Assembly: GCA_963668275.2 (NCBI GenBank)
Contig: OY764155.1
Location: 224,642-288,641 of the forward strand
DNA from: Dehalococcoidia bacterium
GTDB lineage: Bacteria; Chloroflexota; Dehalococcoidia; Lucifugimonadales; UBA1123
Direction of reading: 5' to 3'
DNA length: 64,000 bases
This document shows, in pieces, positions 53,649 to 60,428 of the stretch (position 1 is its first letter; each line of letters begins with the position of its first letter). Made by a program: the position numbers and the translations under genes. The notes beneath the pieces are model-generated. The model ran no database searches, had not been told where the DNA came from, and worked only from the letters and a program-made list of their open reading frames with translations.

Positions 53649-54761
53649 TTGGCAGACGAAGAAAGGCAGCGGACGGTCGCCGGACAGAAGACCGAGGTGT
53701 GGGAACGCCCCAGGCGCAGGCGAACTCTCCAGACGGACGAAAGCGTAGAGGTGCCGGAGCCTTCATACGCCTGGATGCCGCGCACGCTCCAGTGGGAGAC
53801 GCGGGTGAAGCCGGGCAAGGCCGGACTCAGAATCGGCGACCTGAACGTGGGCATATACGGCGAGATTCCCGACCACTGGGAGGAGCAGACCCGTATGCCG
53901 CGCGGCGCGTATCCGCTCGAGGGCATACCTCCGCTCGGCTTCGCGCTCAAGAACAAGCGCGATATGTGGGCGGACAACGCCGCCGATCTCTACGAAGAGG
54001 CCATCCAGAGACGCTGGGTCGCGGCGACGGACATCCCCTGGGACACCATCGAGCCGCTTCCCGACGACGTGGAGGCGGCCATGTGCCAACTCTGCACCGA
54101 GTTGAGCCAGGCCGCCAACGTGGAGTTCGAGACGATAGGCTACTGGCTTCAGCATATGTCCTACGGCTACCACGAGGTAAAGCTGTTCCTCGCCACCAAT
54201 ATGTTCGACGCCGGACGCCACCACGAGGCGTTCAGGAAGCGCGCGCTGTCCAACGGCGGCGGACTCGGACTCGAAAGCCGGGGCGAGATCAACCGCATGA
54301 TACTGGAGAGCAAGGGCGGCTGGTCGGAGACTAGCCTGTTTCTGCACCTGCTGAGAGGGACGTACATTCTCAGCGTTTACAGGCATTGCGAACGCTTCGC
54401 CAACAATCCCGCCGAGAAGGTCCTGTTCGCGCGCGCTATGCAGGACAAGGCGCGGCACGTCGCCTACGGAATCCAGCATCTGCGCTACGCGGTCACGCAC
54501 CAGCGGGACAAGGCGCTGATATTCCAACGGCTGCTGTTCATAGGCGAGCGCGTCTTTACCAAGGAACTACAGGATCCCGCGATGCTGGAGCCGCTGGCAA
54601 TCGTGTTCGGCGGCGGCATAGAGGGAGCGCGGGCCGGAATGGGACACGTCAAGCGCATGATGGCGGACTGGCTCACCAACTACATGGCCGCCTGCGAATG
54701 GATAGGTATACAGCGCGCCGCGCCCTTGTCCCCGGACCTCGCCGAGTACCTGGAGGATTAA
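53649..54761 (+). CDS. ferritin-like paralog with degenerate metal ligands (putative structural subunit)
   Basis: Colinear with the upstream gene (DIPW..I.PLPDD, FRKRAL.NGGG), but the motifs read MFDAGRHHEAF and MQDKARHVAYG. TTG start uncertain. Confidence 0.68.
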   Translation: MADEERQRTVAGQKTEVWERPRRRRTLQTDESVEVPEPSYAWMPRTLQWETRVKPGKAGLRIGDLNVGIYGEIPDHWEEQTRMPRGAYPLEGIPPLGFALKNKRDMWADNAADLYEEAIQRRWVAATDIPWDTIEPLPDDVEAAMCQLCTELSQAANVEFETIGYWLQHMSYGYHEVKLFLATNMFDAGRHHEAFRKRALSNGGGLGLESRGEINRMILESKGGWSETSLFLHLLRGTYILSVYRHCERFANNPAEKVLFARAMQDKARHVAYGIQHLRYAVTHQRDKALIFQRLLFIGERVFTKELQDPAMLEPLAIVFGGGIEGARAGMGHVKRMMADWLTNYMAACEWIGIQRAAPLSPDLAEYLED

Positions 54762-54763
54762 GA

Positions 54764-55201
54764 GTGCCTGTCTTCCCGTCCGTAGAGTGGTTCGACGCCG
54801 TGCGCCATGAATTCAACACGAATGAGGTTGTGCAGACCGCCGGGGGCGGTATGTGCGACGCGAAGGTCGGCGTCAAGGCGGCGGGCCGCGTGTTCCTGCT
54901 GGTGTTCGAGGGGTTCGAGTGCTCGTCGGCGTCTGAGATAGCGGAGTCCGACCTGGAAGACACCGACTTCTACCTCGATATGCCGGAGGAAGAATGGCGG
55001 GATATGATCTTGAACATCCGCGAGAACGGCGAAGCGGACCTCGACCACTCGCTCAACACCATTGACCTCGACACTCTGGACGGACTCGCGCACTCCTACA
55101 CCGGCGACCAGTACCGCCAGGATATGTTCTTCCGCTACAACCAGACGTTCCAGTACTTCTTCGACCAGTCGGCGCGGGTGGAGACTGAGTTCGGGGAATA
55201 G
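54764..55201 (+). CDS. SCP2/sterol-carrier-like protein (copy 1)
   Basis: GTG start 3 nt after the previous stop. VPVFPSVEWFDAVRHEFN ... paralog of 57393-57809. Confidence 0.7.
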   Translation: MPVFPSVEWFDAVRHEFNTNEVVQTAGGGMCDAKVGVKAAGRVFLLVFEGFECSSASEIAESDLEDTDFYLDMPEEEWRDMILNIRENGEADLDHSLNTIDLDTLDGLAHSYTGDQYRQDMFFRYNQTFQYFFDQSARVETEFGE

Positions 55202-55204
55202 GGC

Positions 55205-55570
55205 GTGAGGGATCAATTAAGCAGTCAGTGGCCCAAGCGTCATGTCCTGACCGCCCCCTGGGGAACGGCGCTGGCGACATGGTTATTGACGATATACTAC
55301 GACCCCGTTGCCTTCTACGCTATGGTGAGTATGGGCGCGATGGTATATGGTATGATTGCGTCATCGCTGGAAGTGGGAGGGTCAATCGTGTACTACATCT
55401 ATGAGAAAATCAAGAATGACAGGGCCAACCTGCGGAAACAGGGTATGGAACTGGTGCTTGCTAAGTTCTCGGAGAATCCCGGCTTATCTCCCGAAGAACT
55501 GAAGAAAGCCGTAATGGACGATTTGCAGGACGGCGGGCGCAGGAATGGTGATAGGGCCACAAACAGGTAG
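55205..55570 (+). CDS. small 2-TM protein with charged C-terminal helix (paralog family member 3)
   Basis: 121 aa, GTG start; RHVLTAPWGTALATWLLT, YYIYEKIKNDR, ENPGLSPEELKKAV. Confidence 0.6.
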   Translation: MRDQLSSQWPKRHVLTAPWGTALATWLLTIYYDPVAFYAMVSMGAMVYGMIASSLEVGGSIVYYIYEKIKNDRANLRKQGMELVLAKFSENPGLSPEELKKAVMDDLQDGGRRNGDRATNR

Positions 55571-55580
55571 TGTCTGCGAT

Positions 55581-55673
55581 CAGTACCGCCAGGATATGTT
55601 CTTCCGCTACAACCAGAGGTTTCAGTATTTCTTTGACCAGTCTGCGCGGGTGGAGACTGAGTTCGGGGAGTAG
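55581..55673 (+). repeat. 93-bp direct repeat: orphan second copy of the SCP2-like gene 3' end (copy of 55109-55201)
   Basis: QYRQDMFFRYNQRFQYFFDQSARVETEFGE-stop. By manual alignment, 6 mismatches to 55109-55201, 5 at third codon positions. Confidence 0.85.
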
Positions 55674-55682
55674 TTCACTTGA

Positions 55683-56426
55683 GTGGAGACAGTGCAAGAA
55701 CTCAATGCGAAAATGGATACACAAGGTTTCACTCAGGAGGTTGTAGAAGCGCTGGGATGTTACGTCTATCGGCTGATAGACCCGCGGAACGGCGAGACTT
55801 TCTATGTGGGTAGAGGCCGAGGACAACGGATTTTCGCTCATGTAAGCGGGGCTATCTCCGATGATGCTCAAAGCGTCGCCGACCCGAAGTTGGGGCGGAT
55901 CCATGAGATACAAGCGTTGGGTATGAATGTAGCGCACATTATCCACAGGCATGGGATGTCGGATGCGGTTGCAAAAGAGGTAGAGGCAGCACTGATAGAC
56001 GCTTATCCCGGGTTGGTCAATAGAGTAGCGGGAGAAGGCTCAAGAGATCGTGGTACGCGGCACGTGAATGAGATTGTGCTGGAATACAGCGCGGAGGAAT
56101 TCGTAGTGGAAGAGCCGCTAATCCTGATCTCGATTGGGCGGTTATGGAAGGAACTCGGGGTCTATGGGGCAGTGAAGGGCGTATGGAGGTTAAACCTGGA
56201 GCGAGCGAAGAAACACAAACTGGTGTTAGCCCATGTCAGAGGAGTAGTGAGGGGAGCGTACAGGCCGGAGAAGTGGTCGAAGGGGACAGTGGAGATGTTC
56301 CCGAAACGGATCGGTTTCGAGGGAAAAGAAGCCGAGCCCGAGATATGGAAGAAGTACGTCGGTAAAAGGGTGCCCGCCAAATACCGGAAACGAGGCGCTC
56401 AGGCTTCGGCCCGCTATTTGCAGTGA
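55683..56426 (+). CDS. GIY-YIG nuclease-domain protein (COG3680-like), free-standing
   Basis: CYVYRLIDPRNGETFYVGRGRGQRIFAH GIY-YIG motif. The start is either GTG 55683 or ATG 55713. Confidence 0.8.
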   Translation: METVQELNAKMDTQGFTQEVVEALGCYVYRLIDPRNGETFYVGRGRGQRIFAHVSGAISDDAQSVADPKLGRIHEIQALGMNVAHIIHRHGMSDAVAKEVEAALIDAYPGLVNRVAGEGSRDRGTRHVNEIVLEYSAEEFVVEEPLILISIGRLWKELGVYGAVKGVWRLNLERAKKHKLVLAHVRGVVRGAYRPEKWSKGTVEMFPKRIGFEGKEAEPEIWKKYVGKRVPAKYRKRGAQASARYLQ

Positions 56427-56446
56427 GAGTTTCAAGGCCGTCCATG

Positions 56447-56749
56447 TCAGCGAGGCGCGCGTTCGACAGCCATTTCCGTTGGCGCACTGTCGGAGTTCTC
56501 CTGAATGAACTCTAGCAGGCTTTTACGGAACGCCTTCATCGCTTCAGGTCTGCCCAAGAGTTCGCAGTCAAGGTCGTACTCGGAGAATATGCCGACCAAG
56601 TGATATGTGACTCTTGTAGTGTCCGGATCAGAATCGCCAAATCGAAAATCGTGCATGACGTTCTCGGACACACATTCGTATAGTTGCCGAAAAGTTAATT
56701 CCCCGTCAAGAGAGCGTTTAGCCTGTTCTAGTAGAGTACGCCCGTCCAT
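56447..56749 (-). CDS. hypothetical protein
   Basis: 100-aa ORF, no recognisable motif. Convergent with the GIY-YIG gene. Confidence 0.4.
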   Translation of the reverse strand: MDGRTLLEQAKRSLDGELTFRQLYECVSENVMHDFRFGDSDPDTTRVTYHLVGIFSEYDLDCELLGRPEAMKAFRKSLLEFIQENSDSAPTEMAVERAPR

Positions 56750-56837
56750 GTCCTATAATCCTTTGCCAGAGAGATTTGTTTCACCTTCCATTATAAGGGT
56801 ATGATTTACATTATCCAGCGCTGAATCTTCTTAAGGA

Positions 56838-57376
56838 CTGATGTTACGCAGTCTCAGGGCAATCGCATCTTAATTTTCGGGCTTTTTCAGGGGTGTTTTC
56901 GCTCCATGAAACCCCGAAACTACCACAATGGCCGAACCCATGATCGCTATTTTGAAATTCTGAAACCGCGCAATGACATCTATGAGAGGTTTCTGCCCAA
57001 GATTTACCTGTTTGCGAACGTAAGCGCCGTTTAGATGCGATTGCCCTGCGCGCAGTCTGAAACATTCTTCCATTCGACAGAACGTTCATGCTATCATGTC
57101 GCCCAATGAACTATGACCGACCCAGTCTTTACATAAACAGGAGATTATCCAAAATGAATCCGCCGAAGAAAATTTTTCTGTCCGTAGCTAACAACAGGTG
57201 ATAACAGGTCACTTTCCACGTGAACTGTAACCTGTCCCACTTGGAAACTCACCTGTAACCCCACCTGTACGATATAAATTGAGATATATGACCAATGCGC
57301 CCAGGCCGCAGACCGGCGACTCTGCGAAGACCCCGGTCTGAATAGTCGGAAAGCCCTGCCCAGTGCGTAACATCAG
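56838..57376 (-). mobile_element. non-autonomous TIR element copy B (539 bp) with 7-bp TSD TTAAGGA
   Basis: Reverse complement of copy A minus the nested 137 bp + 3 bp. TTAAGGA at 56831-56837 and 57377-57383. Confidence 0.8.
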
Positions 57377-57392
57377 TTAAGGACTAGAGTAT

Positions 57393-57809
57393 ATGCCTAT
57401 CTTCCCATCAATAGAATGGTTTGAGGCCGTCAGAGGCGCGGCGAATGGTGACCGCGGGTTTCGGAGCCTGGGCACTTGCTTCGCGCAGGTGGGAGTGCGG
57501 GTCGGGGAGCGCGTGTTTTTGCTGGACTTCGAGGCGTTTGAGTGCGCCGGGGTGTCGGAGGCGGACGAGGTCGCGTTGTACGACGTGGATTTCGCGCTCA
57601 GCATGGCCCCTGACGAGTGGCGGCGCCTGCTGGACAATATCAGGGAGAACGGCGGGGCGGACTCGGAGAACACGTTCAATACGCTGGACATCGAGCGTGG
57701 CATCGTCGAGTCGCCCAACCCATACGGACAGAACAACTTCCCCCGTTACCATCTTACGATTCAGCGATTCTTCGACGTGTCGAGCGGGGTAGAGACCACA
57801 TTCGCGTGA
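57393..57809 (+). CDS. SCP2/sterol-carrier-like protein (copy 2)
   Basis: MPIFPSIEWFEAVRGAAN...; colinear with 54764-55201. Confidence 0.7.
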   Translation: MPIFPSIEWFEAVRGAANGDRGFRSLGTCFAQVGVRVGERVFLLDFEAFECAGVSEADEVALYDVDFALSMAPDEWRRLLDNIRENGGADSENTFNTLDIERGIVESPNPYGQNNFPRYHLTIQRFFDVSSGVETTFA

Positions 57810-57816
57810 GGCCGCC

Positions 57817-58098
57817 ATGCCTATCTATGAGTACCGATGCGAAGACTGCGAGGGCTTGACCGCCAAGCTGGTCAGGGGATTCGACGCGCCCGAGTCCATA
57901 GCCTGCCGCGAGTGCCGGGGCGAGAACACGCATCGCATTATATCCAGCGTCGCGTTCCACAAGTCGCTCAACTCCAGGCTGCAGGACCTCGACCCGCGCT
58001 ATGACCGCATGGCGGACGCCGCGGCGGCCAGCACCGCGGAAGCGGACCCCAACCGCTTCCTGAAGAGCGCGATTCCGCTGGACGCGGCTGAAGAATAG
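57817..58098 (+). CDS. FmdB-family zinc-ribbon protein
   Basis: MPIYEYRCEDCEG...CRECRG pattern. Confidence 0.8.
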   Translation: MPIYEYRCEDCEGLTAKLVRGFDAPESIACRECRGENTHRIISSVAFHKSLNSRLQDLDPRYDRMADAAAASTAEADPNRFLKSAIPLDAAEE

Positions 58099-58180
58099 CG
58101 TTCCATGTTCTACGAAGAACGCCGGACGACGCTCAAACGCGGCCAGCTCGACGCTTACGCGACGCATCCGCACGATAATG

Positions 58181-58189
58181 TGGTATAAT
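58181..58189 (+). promoter_or_regulatory. extended -10 element TGGTATAAT upstream of ssrA
   Basis: Exact TGnTATAAT, ending 10 nt before the mature tmRNA 5' end. Confidence 0.45.
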
Positions 58190-58199
58190 ACGCTCATGT

Positions 58200-58551
58200 G
58201 GGGACGCGCGGGTTCGACAGGGGATGCCTTCGCGGGACTGCAAGCCGAGGCGCCATCAACCTCGTTAATCAGGTGGCAAAGAAAGTACCTGACGACAATC
58301 AGTACGCACTAGCCGCGTAACACCGGCTACGTCTCCCGGTTCCGACTCCCGTAGGGGCCGACGAGGCGCCGAAAATCGGGATGCTGTTCCGGCGACGCCG
58401 ATGACCGGGACAAAAGACCATCGGCTAGCCTCGTGCGCCGCCTCTGCCGGTGCGGACGCGCCGGGGTGATTCAAAGCACCGGATAAGCTTGTAGATGTCT
58501 TAGACGAAGAGTCTTCTGGACGGGGAGTTCGACCCTCCCCCGTCTCCACCA
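58200..58551 (+). ncRNA. ssrA: tmRNA (SsrA)
   Basis: 5' GGGGACGCGCGGGTTCGACAGGGG and 3' GGACGGGGAGTTCGACCCTCCCCCGTCTCCACCA, with a G3:U70 acceptor pair. Tag ORF GCA AAG AAA GTA CCT GAC GAC AAT CAG TAC GCA CTA GCC GCG TAA = AKKVPDDNQYALAA. Confidence 0.93.
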
Positions 58552-58560
58552 CTTCATTCG

Positions 58561-60003
58561 CTACCGAACGGCGTACAGGACGCCCCTGTCCGACGCGACG
58601 TAGAGCATATCGTTGGCCGCGACCACCCCGTTCGAAATGCGCGTGTTCAACTCGAAACGCCACTTTTCCTCGCCCGTGGCGGTGTCCAGTCCGTACACGT
58701 TGCCGAGAGTGTCGGCTATGTGGAGAGTATCGCCCGCCAGCGAGGGGTCGCCCCTGATTTCGCCGTCGGCCTTGAACTTCCATACCCGTTCGCCGTCCGA
58801 CTTGTTCAGCGCGAACACGCTTCCCGACTCGGAGGTCGCATAGACTTTCTCGCCGTCCAGCGCGGGCGTGCCGAGGAATACCTCTCCGGGTGACCGGAAA
58901 CCCCACTCGAAACCCTTGATCACGGGGAGCGTATTCCAGAATCCCCAGAAGAAAAGCTGCGTCCTAATGAAGCGGGCGACCTTCTCGAAGGGCAGTTGTT
59001 TCTGTTTCAGGTCAATGGCATAGACGAGGCTCCTGGAATTGCCCACGTAGGCGTGGTCTTCGTCCAGCGCGGGCGCGCCCCTCACGTCTCTTGTGCGAAA
59101 GTCCAGCCGGAAGCCGCCGGTCTTGGTATCGTAGAGGTATATCCACTGGTTCTGGGAGATGACCGCCACGATGTCATCGGTGACGGCTGGGGAGGCCACG
59201 ATTCTGCCACCCGTCTTGCGGCTCCAGCGCGCCTCGCCGGTCAGAGCGTCCAGCGCGTAGATTTTGTGGTCGCCGGACCCGATGTACACCACGCCTTTGT
59301 GGACCGCGGGCGAGCCGTAAACGAGGTCGCCTGTCTGGAACTCCCATTGGAGCGTTCCGGTCTCTCTGTCCAGCGCGAGCAGCCTGCCGTCGCGCAGTCC
59401 GACGAACGCCAGGCTGCCAGCAATCGCGGGTGACGAGTTCACCGGACCCGTTACGGGATACTCCCATTTCGGCTCGCCAGTCCTCGCGTCCAGCGCGACG
59501 ATTCGCTTGTCGCCAGCGCTGAGGTAAAGCGTGTCCTGGACGACGGAAGGCGCGGCGTACAGCGGGGCGTTGGTGCGAAATTCCCAGACCACCTCTCCGT
59601 CGGGCGCGGACTGCGGTTCGGGGATGTACGCCGAATGGGCGGGATCGCCCTGGTACATCGGCCAGTCGCCGGGCGCGGAAATCGCCCCGATGTTGGTAGT
59701 GGGCGGGTCGAGTTCGCTGCCTGGCCCTATCGTGGCGTAAGCGGTCGCTCCGACGACGGCGACCAGGGCGACAGCCACTACGACCGCCCATCGGATCATG
59801 CGCCTTCTACGCGCTTTCGCAAGACGTATCTCCCGCAACTCCCGCGCTTCGTCGGGGCTGACGCGCGCGCCTCTGTCCATGGGGGTTCTGCACTCGACGC
59901 AGTAGGACGCCTCGGGGTCATTGCCGCGCCCGCAGCCAGGGCATAGCGCTACGGTTTCTATAAGGGCCACTATCGCGTCACTCCGTTCCAATTTTCTGTC
60001 CAT
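58561..60003 (-). CDS. PQQ-like beta-propeller repeat protein with N-terminal zinc ribbon and membrane anchor
   Basis: CPGCGRGN..CVECRTP, a TM helix, then repeated ..VY.G..DG.LYALD..TG...W.. blades. Confidence 0.82.
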   Translation of the reverse strand: MDRKLERSDAIVALIETVALCPGCGRGNDPEASYCVECRTPMDRGARVSPDEARELREIRLAKARRRRMIRWAVVVAVALVAVVGATAYATIGPGSELDPPTTNIGAISAPGDWPMYQGDPAHSAYIPEPQSAPDGEVVWEFRTNAPLYAAPSVVQDTLYLSAGDKRIVALDARTGEPKWEYPVTGPVNSSPAIAGSLAFVGLRDGRLLALDRETGTLQWEFQTGDLVYGSPAVHKGVVYIGSGDHKIYALDALTGEARWSRKTGGRIVASPAVTDDIVAVISQNQWIYLYDTKTGGFRLDFRTRDVRGAPALDEDHAYVGNSRSLVYAIDLKQKQLPFEKVARFIRTQLFFWGFWNTLPVIKGFEWGFRSPGEVFLGTPALDGEKVYATSESGSVFALNKSDGERVWKFKADGEIRGDPSLAGDTLHIADTLGNVYGLDTATGEEKWRFELNTRISNGVVAANDMLYVASDRGVLYAVR

Positions 60004-60189
60004 AGTCGGACATTCAATTTTAGCCGTATCGCTATTCTTCGTTCAAATCTTTCGCCTGATAACCCCAGGGTCTTTCGGTTATTCCGAATCGCCAGCGCCG
60101 TATCGTTTGGATTCCCGCTTTCGCGGGAATGACGGATAGCTGAGCAGTTCGGACTGCACAAACAATCGAATGACCCCGCAGAAACCGGC

Positions 60190-60420
60190 AGGATCATATA
60201 TCTTGGTTTATAATGATACAGGCGGCAACAGGTGGGACAACAGGCGGCCAGCAGGTGAAAAAGTCACCTGCGTTTGACCTGAGGTCGCCTGAGTTTAGCT
60301 ACGGGAAAAATTTTTATTCGGTTCTGTGAGGCTCATGGATAACTCCCAACTTATGTTTTGCATGGCGTGAACTGAATTCATCACGCGGATATTTTAGCAC
60401 AATTGGTCGGCCAGAGTGCA
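60190..60420 (+). other. conserved non-coding hairpin module upstream of the GT39 gene
   Basis: GGATCATATATCTTGGTTTATAATGATACAGG aligns with GGTCATATATCTCAATTTATATCGTACAGG of element A. Followed by GCAGGTGA-AAAAG-TCACCTGC nested in CAGGCG...CGCCTG, then TTAGCTACGGGAAAAATTTTT, TGGATAAC, TTATGT, TTTAGCA. Confidence 0.45.
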
Positions 60421-60428
60421 GAAGGATC

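Noticed and set aside
26500-57376. The two inverted element copies as the ends of a 30.9-kb composite transposon or invertible segment
   Set aside because: Each copy has its own intact 7-bp target duplication (TGAATAA versus TTAAGGA). That is incompatible with a single composite insertion or with inversion by recombination between the copies. The interval also contains core genes (dnaE, tRNAs).
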